The notes under the pieces: model-generated
Told to the model about the DNA's origin: nothing
Seen by the model: the letters and a program-made list of their open reading frames with translations, nothing else
Databases searched by the model: none
Shown here: piece by piece, positions 1 through 8,978 of the stretch
How the letters are laid out: every line of letters begins with the position of its first letter
Position numbering within the stretch: position 1 is the stretch's first letter
Origin: a bacterium
GTDB taxonomy: Bacteria; Patescibacteriota; Microgenomatia; Levybacterales; UBA12049
DNA length: 64,000 nucleotides
Direction of reading: 5' to 3'
NCBI GenBank assembly: GCA_021777565.1
Contig: JAJYDJ010000001.1
Span: 24,431 to 88,430 of the forward strand
Made by a program: the position numbers and the translations under genes

Positions 1-587
1 GAAAAATGAGCTCTCGAACAGGGGATATTGTCACAGTAGATGATCTGCTCGATGAAGTGAAGCATGCGGCGAGTGAATTGATGAAGGTTGACGTCCTTTC
101 TGAGAACGAGCGGGCTGATGCGCTGGAAAAAGTTACCATTGGCGCAGTCAAGCACTCAGTGCTAAAGGTCGGCACTGGCCAAAATGCAGCCTTTGATATC
201 AAAACCTCAGTCTCCCTGGAAGGCAATTCAGGCCCTTATGTCCAGTATTCCTATGTGCGAACCCAAAGTATCCTGGGGAAGGCTGGGGCATCTGAGTTAA
301 CCCAGGTCGAGGGTGAGCTCCTGCCTGAGGAAGAGGCGCTCGCCAGACAGATTTATCATTTTCCAGACGTCATCGAGCAGGCAGCCTCAGATCTGGCACC
401 TCAGGTAATCGCGACCTACCTGTTTGAGCTGTCCCAGACCTTTAACAGTTTTTACCAGAAATATCGCATTATTGAGGCTGAAAATGACGAAAAAAAGGCT
501 CAACGACTGCTTCTGACGGCTGCGGTGGGCAAGGTTTTAGCCCAAGGACTCTCCCTTTTGGGCATTGAGGCACCTGCCAAAATGTGA
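1..587 (+). CDS. argS: Arginyl-tRNA synthetase, C-terminal part (5' truncated by window)
   Basis: KMSSRTG (KMSKS-like), GNSGPYVQYSYVR and DALR anticodon-binding domain ending LGIEAPAKM. Confidence 0.95.
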   Translation, partial: KMSSRTGDIVTVDDLLDEVKHAASELMKVDVLSENERADALEKVTIGAVKHSVLKVGTGQNAAFDIKTSVSLEGNSGPYVQYSYVRTQSILGKAGASELTQVEGELLPEEEALARQIYHFPDVIEQAASDLAPQVIATYLFELSQTFNSFYQKYRIIEAENDEKKAQRLLLTAAVGKVLAQGLSLLGIEAPAKM

Positions 588-739
588 TAAAATAGGTCAA
601 AGTGAATCAGATTTGTCTGATGCAGTGAGCTATTTAAGGCTGGAAGATGTTGGCAGGGATTTTTTAGAAGCGCTATAGCTCCTCTGAGGGTGTCCGACCT
701 CTTCATTCTTCAATGGCTTACTCCTTTGGAAAGGGAGCT

Positions 740-2011
740 ATGCAACATAAACGATTTATTCTCGAAAATGGTCTGAGGGTTATTGCTGTGCCTATGCCAG
801 GCATCGCCAGTGTGACGGTGATGGTCTTGGTGGGTGCTGGTAGCCGCTATGAAAAACGATCAACCAGTGGTATTTCTCACTTCCTTGAACACATGGCCTT
901 CAAAGGCACAGAAAAGCGCCCTAGTGCTCTTGGAATGGCAAGCCTGATAGAAGGAGTGGGTGGGGATTTTAATGCCTTTACAGGCAAAGAAGTGACAGGA
1001 TTTCACATCAAAGCTCAGAACACCCAGCTGGAGCTGTGCATGGACGTGCTTTCAGACATTCTGCAAAACTCACTTTTTGACCCAATTGAGATCAAGAAAG
1101 AGGTTGGGGTGGTCATAGAGGAGATCAACATGTATGAGGACAGTCCTATGCAGAACTTGGGTATTGTCTATGAACGGCTTCTGTATGGAGACACGCCACT
1201 TGGCTGGGACACCGGGGGATTTAAAGATGTCCTGAAAAAAGTGAACCGTGAGGATTTCTTGAAATACCTGAAGACGTATTATTCCAGTGACAATATGACG
1301 GTTGTGGTGGCTGGTGGGGTAACCCCAGAGCACGTAAAGAAAGTAGCTGATACCTATTTTGGTAGTTTGAAACAGTTTGATACACCAAAACTACAGTTGG
1401 TGTCAGAAAAACAGGACAGTCCTCGGGTTTTTATTAAAAGACAAAAGACTGAGCAGGTGCATCTGAGTATTGGATTTAGAACTGTGGGCCTTGGGCATCC
1501 TGACCAATATGCTCTGGACGTGTTGGCGACCATTATGGGTGGCGGAATGAGTAGTAGGCTATTTGGTGAAGTACGTGAAAAACACGGACTGGGCTACTAT
1601 GTGCGTACGACCAGTGATAATTATCTGGATTGTGGCACGATCGTAACGAGTGCCGGGGTAGATAAAAAGAAAGCCTACCAGGCAGTAGAAATTCTCCTTA
1701 AGGAGATTAAAAAGATCGCGATGGAGGGTGTGACTGCCGAGGAGCTGCAAAATGCCAAAGAAATGATGAACGGACACTTTGTACTGGAACTTGAGGATAG
1801 TCATGATGTGGCATCATTCTATGCACATGAAGAAATACTTGAGAAAGAACTCCTGACACCGGAGGATGTTATCGAGAAAACCAATGCCGTGACGCTAGAA
1901 CAGGTCAATGCAGCCGCCGCAAAATATCTGATCAAAGAGACACTTAATCTTGCTATCATTGGCAATTTTGCCAGTAGTGAAACATTTGAAGAGATGGCAA
2001 AGGCATACTAG
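740..2011 (+). CDS. M16 family zinc peptidase (pitrilysin/insulinase-like)
   Basis: Inverted zinc motif HFLEH, NAFT, GGGMSSRLF..REKHGL; start taken at ATG 740 after AGGGAG. Confidence 0.92.
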   Translation: MQHKRFILENGLRVIAVPMPGIASVTVMVLVGAGSRYEKRSTSGISHFLEHMAFKGTEKRPSALGMASLIEGVGGDFNAFTGKEVTGFHIKAQNTQLELCMDVLSDILQNSLFDPIEIKKEVGVVIEEINMYEDSPMQNLGIVYERLLYGDTPLGWDTGGFKDVLKKVNREDFLKYLKTYYSSDNMTVVVAGGVTPEHVKKVADTYFGSLKQFDTPKLQLVSEKQDSPRVFIKRQKTEQVHLSIGFRTVGLGHPDQYALDVLATIMGGGMSSRLFGEVREKHGLGYYVRTTSDNYLDCGTIVTSAGVDKKKAYQAVEILLKEIKKIAMEGVTAEELQNAKEMMNGHFVLELEDSHDVASFYAHEEILEKELLTPEDVIEKTNAVTLEQVNAAAAKYLIKETLNLAIIGNFASSETFEEMAKAY

Positions 2012-2057
2012 TGATCTTCTTCTGGACAACAAGAACTAACTTCGATATACTTATCTT

Positions 2058-2528
2058 ATGCAAACAAGTCGTTGTGTAGTACTGGTAAAACCAGACGGCG
2101 TCCAAAGAGGACTGATTGGTGAAATTATTCACCGCTTCGAAAGAAAAGGACTTCACATGATCGGGCTGAAGATGATCGCCCTTGATGATGAAACACTGAG
2201 TGATTGGTATGTTGAGCACAAAGATAAGCCATTTTTTGGTGATTTGAAGAAATTCATGTCATCCAATCCAGTCGTTGCCATCCTTTGGGAAGGCATTGAA
2301 GCATCAGTCGCGATCCGCAACATTCTTGGTTCTACCAAAGGACGTGAAGCAGCACCTGGTACCATCCGTGGTGATTTCTCTATGAGTAAACAGTACAACA
2401 TCGTGCATGCATCAGACAGTGCAGAAGCAGGAGACCGTGAACAGAAATTGATCTTCAAAGATGATGAGATCTTCCCATGGAAGAAAATGAACCTTGATCA
2501 AATCTACGCTCCAGACGAAATGGAATAA
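2058..2528 (+). CDS. ndk: Nucleoside diphosphate kinase
   Basis: KPDGVQRGLIGEII, PGTIRGDF, NIVHASDS catalytic His motif. Confidence 0.97.
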   Translation: MQTSRCVVLVKPDGVQRGLIGEIIHRFERKGLHMIGLKMIALDDETLSDWYVEHKDKPFFGDLKKFMSSNPVVAILWEGIEASVAIRNILGSTKGREAAPGTIRGDFSMSKQYNIVHASDSAEAGDREQKLIFKDDEIFPWKKMNLDQIYAPDEME

Positions 2529-2578
2529 GTCCTTTCCTCTTTATCTTTTCTCCCGATTGTTCTAAAATACATGTATAT

Positions 2579-2617
2579 TCCGCGATAGTCCGCCAGCTGG
2601 CGGACAGGAAGCTGTTA
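2579..2617 (+). repeat. Duplicated 5' half of tRNA-Asn with the D-arm replaced by a perfect 18-bp palindrome
   Basis: TCCGCGATAG and CAGGAAGCTGTTA match the tRNA at 2869; GTCCGCCAGCTGGCGGAC (2588-2605) is its own reverse complement. Confidence 0.9.
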
Positions 2618-2619
2618 TT

Positions 2620-2868
2620 ATGTGGTATGTATATGCCATTTATAACAAAGAGAATAGTCAAATATATATTGGTCAAACATCGAATATTGATCGGCGGTTA
2701 AGTGAACATAATAGAAAGATTGGTAATCACTTTACTGCTAAATACAATGGAGATTGGAACCTAATATATGCGGAAGAGTGTTACTCAAGGCGAGATGCAC
2801 TTAAAAGAGAAAAAGAATTAAAAAGTTATCAGGGGAGAATGTTTATAAAAACATATATTCCCAAATGA
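2620..2868 (+). CDS. Small GIY-YIG nuclease family protein
   Basis: YVYAI...IYIGQTSNIDRRLSEHN...ALKREKELK. Confidence 0.92.
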   Translation: MWYVYAIYNKENSQIYIGQTSNIDRRLSEHNRKIGNHFTAKYNGDWNLIYAEECYSRRDALKREKELKSYQGRMFIKTYIPK

Positions 2869-2943
2869 TCCGCGATAGCTCAACGGCAGAGCAGGAAGCT
2901 GTTAACTTCAAGGTTCCAGGTTCGAATCCTGGTCGCGGAGCCA
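2869..2943 (+). tRNA. tRNA-Asn(GTT)
   Basis: Cloverleaf with TCCGCGA/TCGCGGA acceptor stem, GAAG-CTGTTAA-CTTC anticodon arm, GGTTCGAATCC T-arm, encoded CCA. Confidence 0.97.
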
Positions 2944-4389
2944 GAGTTGACGATCATTGCAATTGATGATCTCGTCAAAGGGTTTTAGCGCGTCATATCG
3001 GACTGTTCTACCTTCTAGTGTAAGGTTCGATAGTACGAACTTGAGTAACTGCCTTTTTTCTTCAACTTCTGAACTCATAAATAGATCGTATGCACGATTA
3101 GCTATATCCAGTATGTATTTCGTGGTGATAAAGTAGTTATCTTCTGCATCACTCAGAAGTGCCAAGCGTGACCCAATTTCTACCTTTTTATCACTCAGGT
3201 CTTGGAAGAATTTGTCATATTGATCCTCAGTAATACGCCCTTTTAGTCTATCCAAATACAGATTGTCCATCATTGTACTCGTTTCTTGTTGTTCTTTGGT
3301 CAGTTTCTTATATTGCTCATTGTGCAAGTCCATTTTTCCTTGGTGAACGCTATTAAGATTGTCTACAACCTGCCGTACTACATGTTCTGGTAGTTGTAGT
3401 CTCTTGAAGACATTTTCGAACTGCTCAGTAATAGAGGCCTCTGTAAGCCATTCTGCGCTATGTTTTCCGTTATATTGAGTACAATGATAGTAAACAATAC
3501 CTTTGTGCTTTTCTGGAGTCACTGCAAGCCCACATGTAGCGCATTTAATAAGGCCACGATAGGCATATGGTTTGCCAGCAAACTTATGCGGTATCTTATT
3601 GTATCCTGCCTTGATTCGTTGGACTTGGTCAAAAAGTTCTTGTGTAATAATCGGTTGGTATTTGTGATGATAGTATTTCCCATTCCACTTCATCATACCG
3701 TAATAAAATGTATCCTTGAGGATCTTATCTATAAATCCTTGTGACCACTTGATGCCATAATCACGATCAAGTTTCTCTCGTAAAGTCATCATGGAATATG
3801 CACCTGTGGCATAGAGCTCATATGCTTGTTTAACAATCTTTGATTGGAAGTCTTCAATCACAATCTCAGTTTTATCTTTTGCTATGGGAACTCTTTTATA
3901 GCCGTAAGATGGTCTGCTCGGATATGTACCCATTCTGAGCATTTGCTCTTGAGCTCGTTTTACATTGTCGCTGATAGCATCGGAGTAATATTTAGCGAGG
4001 CCTAGACTGATACTGAAGTTGAATTTCTCTACAGCTGATAACTGGCTATTGATTACTTGTCCGTCGGAAACAAAATGTAGTTCAATTTCATCCTTGAGTG
4101 CTTTGTCGTATAATAGTGAAACACGTTTATCAAAGACATTACGTGATAGTCTATCTACCTTATCAAAACACACTGCCACTTTCTCTTTTTGTTCAATCAC
4201 GTAATCGAGTATGTTATCAAAGTCACTACGCTGTGTTTTGTATGCACTTTCATCAAAACTGAATTCTTTGAGCATCTCAAATTCCTTATTTTGACCATAC
4301 TTTTTCATCCTAGCCATTTGAGCAGGAAGCGAGTTGTTGGCTTCTTTTTGTTCTTCTGTTGATACTCGTGCAATATATATGCTTTTCAT
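2908..4389 (-). CDS. Large serine recombinase (resolvase + recombinase + Zn ribbon)
   Basis: IYIARVSTEEQ catalytic Ser motif, DKVDRLSRN, CATCG/YYHC Zn ribbon, coiled coil; C-terminus overlaps tRNA-Asn antisense. Confidence 0.95.
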   Translation of the reverse strand: MKSIYIARVSTEEQKEANNSLPAQMARMKKYGQNKEFEMLKEFSFDESAYKTQRSDFDNILDYVIEQKEKVAVCFDKVDRLSRNVFDKRVSLLYDKALKDEIELHFVSDGQVINSQLSAVEKFNFSISLGLAKYYSDAISDNVKRAQEQMLRMGTYPSRPSYGYKRVPIAKDKTEIVIEDFQSKIVKQAYELYATGAYSMMTLREKLDRDYGIKWSQGFIDKILKDTFYYGMMKWNGKYYHHKYQPIITQELFDQVQRIKAGYNKIPHKFAGKPYAYRGLIKCATCGLAVTPEKHKGIVYYHCTQYNGKHSAEWLTEASITEQFENVFKRLQLPEHVVRQVVDNLNSVHQGKMDLHNEQYKKLTKEQQETSTMMDNLYLDRLKGRITEDQYDKFFQDLSDKKVEIGSRLALLSDAEDNYFITTKYILDIANRAYDLFMSSEVEEKRQLLKFVLSNLTLEGRTVRYDALKPFDEIINCNDRQLWLRDQDSNLEP

Positions 4390-4466
4390 AGTGTTTGTTT
4401 ACCTACTTTATCCTGGACAGAATTTTTCCGTCCAGTTGTAAAATAGATAACTTCATCTCGTTATCA

Positions 4467-5144
4467 TTACTGAGTAAGGTGTTGGATAGCGTAATCTGCC
4501 TCTGCTTGCGTAAACTTTTCACCAGCATTAGATGTTAATTGGTCATGAATAGCTGATGGTGACATACTCATAGTATCTTGATAAGTCTTTGCTTTAGCTA
4601 GGGCGTTTGCATTCCAATCTGCTTTTACATTATCTACTGCATATTGTGCAGCGTCTGCCGAGAACTTTTCGCCATAGTCTGAGACTAACTGGTCATATAC
4701 GCCTCTTTTAGACATGTGCATGGTGTTAGCGTAAGTAGTAGCTTTGTTTAAAGCGGATGTATATTCCGCTGGCACACTTGGTTGTTTGTTTGCACTTGTT
4801 GCTGTTGGACTACTATTATTAGTTTTATCCTGTTGGACTTGTTGGCTATTTGTGTCAGGTGAGCTCATGGTAGGAGTACCTGAAGCACCAGCCATAGTAC
4901 CACCAATACCTAACAAGACAAAAAAGACTATTATCTTTAATACTCTTGATAGCTCAAAATTAGTCTTTGTTTTTAGGAACTTCACCGCTGGAGGGAAAAT
5001 AACCAAGCCTGCAAGAAGAGTAAATATACCCGTCGCTGGCTTACCAAATAGTTCACTAAGACCACCTATAACTAGTATCCCTCCTAAGCCCCAACCGAGA
5101 ATAAGTCCAAGCCCTATTTTATTTGTTTTCTTATCTGTTTCCAT
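4467..5144 (-). CDS. Membrane protein with two Ltp-family (superinfection-exclusion-like) repeats
   Basis: N-terminal TM helices, low-complexity linker, repeats SALNKATTY...MSKRGVYDQL...EKFSADAAQYA and ALAKAKTY...EKFTQAEADYAI. Confidence 0.85.
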   Translation of the reverse strand: METDKKTNKIGLGLILGWGLGGILVIGGLSELFGKPATGIFTLLAGLVIFPPAVKFLKTKTNFELSRVLKIIVFFVLLGIGGTMAGASGTPTMSSPDTNSQQVQQDKTNNSSPTATSANKQPSVPAEYTSALNKATTYANTMHMSKRGVYDQLVSDYGEKFSADAAQYAVDNVKADWNANALAKAKTYQDTMSMSPSAIHDQLTSNAGEKFTQAEADYAIQHLTQ

Positions 5145-5228
5145 TACATTTTCACCTCCTTTCGTATGTATTGTGACTTATATTCCGTAGACTAATAATC
5201 CACTTTTCTCTGATTATAGACTTGAAGC

Positions 5229-5447
5229 ATGAGCAAATCAACCCTATTAAGCAAAAAGTTTGGGGAAAGGACACGATCCTTGCGAAAACAATTGGGAATT
5301 TCCCAAGAAGAGCTAGGTTTTCAAACTGGGCTCGATAGAACCTATATCTCTGGTATCGAAAGAGGAGAAAGAAACCCCTCGTTAAAAAACATAGGCAAAC
5401 TTGCCAGAAAATTAAAAGTTTCATTGAAAGAATTGTTTTCATTTTAG
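5229..5447 (+). CDS. Xre-family HTH transcriptional regulator
   Basis: LRKQLGISQEELG...DRTYISGIERGERNPSL. Confidence 0.95.
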   Translation: MSKSTLLSKKFGERTRSLRKQLGISQEELGFQTGLDRTYISGIERGERNPSLKNIGKLARKLKVSLKELFSF

Positions 5448-6571
5448 TTAGGGAAATAGTAAGGACTTTTATAATTCGTGAGTTTCATTTGCTCGAATGT
5501 ATCTAAATAGTGTCTAACTAAAACAAAAGGACTCTTTGTTGTAGGGAGGTGAATATTATTTGTCTCTGTCATAAGTCTTTGCCAGCTTCTGTCGCGGGAT
5601 TTTCCAAACAGTTCTTTTAATTCTCGTAATGTATAGGTTTTTGTAGCTTCCATGAGCCCAACAGTTTGCAGTGCTTTAAGCATTCCCATCTTTGGATTGC
5701 TAACTATCAGATCGCTGAGTAATTGAGGAGTTGTTTTGTGCTTGTAATCAAGAATTTTGGGTATGCCTGCTTCTATTGTATCAAGGTAATAAAGGAGAAC
5801 TTTTTGTGAGATGTCCTTATTGAAGAGTTCCTTGAATGTCAGTCTTGGACTTAGACTGATAATACCAAAAAGTTGTTTCATTTTTTGTCTATTATTTAGG
5901 CGAACTTCCATACGAAGAACTTCAGGAATGGTATAACGTTTTTGATCAAAGAGATGGAGTTGTGTGGCATTGTCCTGTTCAATAGCTCGCTTCTCGCTAA
6001 TTCCTGCTGCCTGCAGATCTTTAATTTTGTCATAAAAAGCTATCTCGTATGAGTTGGCATGTATTTTATAACTGTATCCGTCATTTCTGTAATCAGTCTG
6101 GTTGATGTCTAGTGAACGTGTAACATAGGCCTCCTTTATTTTACTGATAAGATAATGAGGTGTGATGCCATCAGTAAGTGGAATGTTTTTAGAATAGTGA
6201 ATTGTGGAGACGGGCGCATTTATGAGTATTTCATAGAAAACTTTGACCCCCATTTCTTTCAGTCTACCTTGAAGGGCGAGTACAACTTTCTCAAAATTAT
6301 CCTCAGTGAGTTCATCAAAGTTGTTACCATAGAGTAGTTTCGGGGCAGAAAATTCGATAGATAGTGTACTTTCACTTCTGCCTGTGATATTAAATCGCTT
6401 TGTGAGTGTCAAACGTGGTTTGTATATCCCGTCCTTGAGTTCTGATTTAGTTGGATTCTGTACGAGCGTAAAATAGCCACGAGAAGCGTTTTGCCTTTCT
6501 CTTTGAAATAATGACAAATCAGTGAGCCAGAACATGCTGCTACTCAATGTGAGCTTTATTGTGTCTACCAT
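5444..6571 (-). CDS. Putative phage/plasmid replication initiator (gpII/X / Rep_trans-like)
   Basis: N-terminal MVDTIKL, SAPKLLYGNN, FYDK and LRMEVRL motifs resembling rolling-circle initiators. Confidence 0.65.
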   Translation of the reverse strand: MVDTIKLTLSSSMFWLTDLSLFQRERQNASRGYFTLVQNPTKSELKDGIYKPRLTLTKRFNITGRSESTLSIEFSAPKLLYGNNFDELTEDNFEKVVLALQGRLKEMGVKVFYEILINAPVSTIHYSKNIPLTDGITPHYLISKIKEAYVTRSLDINQTDYRNDGYSYKIHANSYEIAFYDKIKDLQAAGISEKRAIEQDNATQLHLFDQKRYTIPEVLRMEVRLNNRQKMKQLFGIISLSPRLTFKELFNKDISQKVLLYYLDTIEAGIPKILDYKHKTTPQLLSDLIVSNPKMGMLKALQTVGLMEATKTYTLRELKELFGKSRDRSWQRLMTETNNIHLPTTKSPFVLVRHYLDTFEQMKLTNYKSPYYFPN

Positions 6572-6839
6572 AGGGATTCATTACTTCTTCAAATTTCTCG
6601 ATAACTACTTTTTCAAGAATGGCAGCCGTCTCCTTTCTGATGGGATAAAATATATTGATATTCGCTATTCCTGTTTTTCTCGTTGGGTAGGTGAGTCTGT
6701 ATCCGCCTTCAGGACGTGTAAATATGCCTATAGAGCCAAGATAAAGACATCCATTGAACACAACGCTAGCAAACCCAACAAGGCCGTTGACTGGCTTTAT
6801 AGGAATAACTTGTACTTCGGTAATCATTACTTCTTGCAT
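6540..6839 (-). CDS. SpoVG-family nucleic-acid-binding protein
   Basis: ITEVQVIP...LVGFASVVFNGCLYLGSIGI...LTYP...FYPI. Confidence 0.8.
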   Translation of the reverse strand: MQEVMITEVQVIPIKPVNGLVGFASVVFNGCLYLGSIGIFTRPEGGYRLTYPTRKTGIANINIFYPIRKETAAILEKVVIEKFEEVMNPYGRHNKAHIE

Positions 6840-6881
6840 CTTTTGTTTCCTTTCGATAACTTAATACCTCTTTTGATGCAT

Positions 6882-7094
6882 TCACTTAGTTGTTGTTTGT
6901 ACATTTCCGTGAGCAATAGCATCAGTTTTTCCTGAAATTGTTCCATTTTGCTTCCTCCTTTCTCGTTGGTCAATTTGTATAAGCAATTGAAAAAAATCTG
7001 TCAAACGTTTTAAACCATCTGCAGGTAGGACATGACCATCGGCAGGTAGTATTTGAGTTTGCTCAATTGGTTTTATTGCATTGCTTGTTTCCAT
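6882..7094 (-). CDS. Small hypothetical protein of element 1
   Basis: 70-aa ORF co-oriented with spoVG/rep; internal LPADG duplication; helical RLTDFFQLLIQID segment. Confidence 0.55.
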   Translation of the reverse strand: METSNAIKPIEQTQILPADGHVLPADGLKRLTDFFQLLIQIDQRERRKQNGTISGKTDAIAHGNVQTTTK

Positions 7095-7161
7095 TAAGCA
7101 AAGTTTATGAAAAGTGGATCGTACCTAATCGTAGAAGTTCCGTGTACGGAAAATTTTGAAG

Positions 7162-8862
7162 CTAAACTGACTTTTTATATATCGGATTTATCTTTGCGTG
7201 ATTATAGTCATACGACAGGAAGTCAGTAATGCCAGCTTTAGCTAAAGTAATTTCTATGCCACGACACGCCTCGTAATAAATGTTCTTTGTGTCCATTGTC
7301 TCATCAGTCATAGCGCCTTCTAATTCATCAACTGCTTCAGCATAATAAATGCCCTTTGGTTTCTTTATAAGTAATTTGAGCAGTGCAAGTTTCCTTGTAT
7401 CCTTTTTGAATTTTGCCATTTTGCCATTTATATCCAGCGTTGTAGTTTCATCATTGAAGGTGAATGGAATATGGTTCTTAATCTCATTTTCTTTAATTTC
7501 AGGTTCTTCTGCTAAGCTCATTGTTTCAAACTGCGCTATCTCATTGATGAGTTGCCTGTGTGCCTTGTGGAGGTATGTAATATAGTTGTCATAAACAAAT
7601 ACTTGCATTTGGTCATAGGTTGTATCCTTCAAAATGCCCTTAATTTCTTCTATAAGATGGGTCAGGTTCATTCCCTCAAACCATCGTTGGTTCTTGACGA
7701 GCTCTGAGCGCATTCCTTCATAGTCATTAAACATTTCATAAAACAGGCGTAAGTATTCCCAGGCGTTCCAGCCTCGTGTTTCTCTGAGACGTTGCATTTT
7801 TTCTAACTCAGCCTTATATGCATCATTTATTTCTAATGCGCGCCATTTGGTTGCCCTTTTCCCGTCATGTTGTTCTACCCCAAGGAGATCAAGGATAGTT
7901 TGGTTTATTGGATCTTGCCTAAAAGCATTCCAGCTTAATGTTTCGATATGTCCAAAAATACTCAACCATCCTTCTGGGTCTCCCATAACTTGTATGGTAC
8001 CTGCTCTGATTGAGAGGATTTCTCTTATATCATCTTTTTCGGAGGGATCATCTGATTGATACGTTTCTAGTTTAGGTATAAGGGCTTCTATGTATTCAAT
8101 AAGCTCGTTTTTGTATTGCTCGGCTGTTTCATAGTCAGCCTTTTTATGTACATAAAATACATCTGACAGTTGAGCTAACGTGTCGGTTGTAAGAATGTAG
8201 TTCACATATTCATAAATTGCTAAGAAGAATGGCTTGGTAGGCTTTGCGGTAAGTGCCTGTTGGTATATTGCCTCTAGATTTTGTATCCAAAGGCCTGTAT
8301 TCACTTTTTTTGTTGATTTACCAGATGCGTTAGTATTAGTGCTATGTGTGTAGGGTATATGTGCGTCTTGAGACGTATTGGAGTGTTCCTTATTATCATC
8401 TGAGTCATTATGCTTTGTGTCAGACCCTTTCTCTTCTGTTAGTTTGCTTTGTGACTGAATAGTATTTCCTGGGTGCAAATCTGATATGTCTCGAATAAGT
8501 GGTACGCTATATCTCGTGGGTACTTTGCCTGTAAATTCTTGATATTCTGGTTCACTTTGTGTTTTCAGAAAGTAATCGCTAAAAGAGGGAAGTAGGTCAA
8601 TGTGATAACAGCCATCGTCAGCGTGCTCATACGGATCATGTTCATCAAGCCATGAAGTTTCCCTTTTGGGTGCTTTGATGACCTGTAGAATCAGTTCATC
8701 GTGTTCCAGCTTGGCAAATAGCTGGCGTAATTCAACAGTACTGTATTTACGATTGAGATCATTTGTTGGATTTATAATCAAAAGTTCATTAGAAGGAGCG
8801 ATTGCTCTTGCATCGTTAAGAGCATCTAATAGAAAGTAGAGTTTTTGTTTGCCACTCATCAT
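7162..8862 (-). CDS. Hypothetical protein, possible C-terminal winged-helix domain
   Basis: 566-aa ORF; C-terminal beta-beta-helix-HTH-wing-like pattern. Confidence 0.7.
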   Translation of the reverse strand: MMSGKQKLYFLLDALNDARAIAPSNELLIINPTNDLNRKYSTVELRQLFAKLEHDELILQVIKAPKRETSWLDEHDPYEHADDGCYHIDLLPSFSDYFLKTQSEPEYQEFTGKVPTRYSVPLIRDISDLHPGNTIQSQSKLTEEKGSDTKHNDSDDNKEHSNTSQDAHIPYTHSTNTNASGKSTKKVNTGLWIQNLEAIYQQALTAKPTKPFFLAIYEYVNYILTTDTLAQLSDVFYVHKKADYETAEQYKNELIEYIEALIPKLETYQSDDPSEKDDIREILSIRAGTIQVMGDPEGWLSIFGHIETLSWNAFRQDPINQTILDLLGVEQHDGKRATKWRALEINDAYKAELEKMQRLRETRGWNAWEYLRLFYEMFNDYEGMRSELVKNQRWFEGMNLTHLIEEIKGILKDTTYDQMQVFVYDNYITYLHKAHRQLINEIAQFETMSLAEEPEIKENEIKNHIPFTFNDETTTLDINGKMAKFKKDTRKLALLKLLIKKPKGIYYAEAVDELEGAMTDETMDTKNIYYEACRGIEITLAKAGITDFLSYDYNHAKINPIYKKSV

Positions 8863-8978
8863 ACGTCATTACTTCTTCTTATGTATTTACTTATCAGGCA
8901 TATCTTATCAGGAGATAGGAGAATAGTAAAATATCAAATATGGTAGGAATACTTGTAACACAAGGTTTATCTGTAAAT

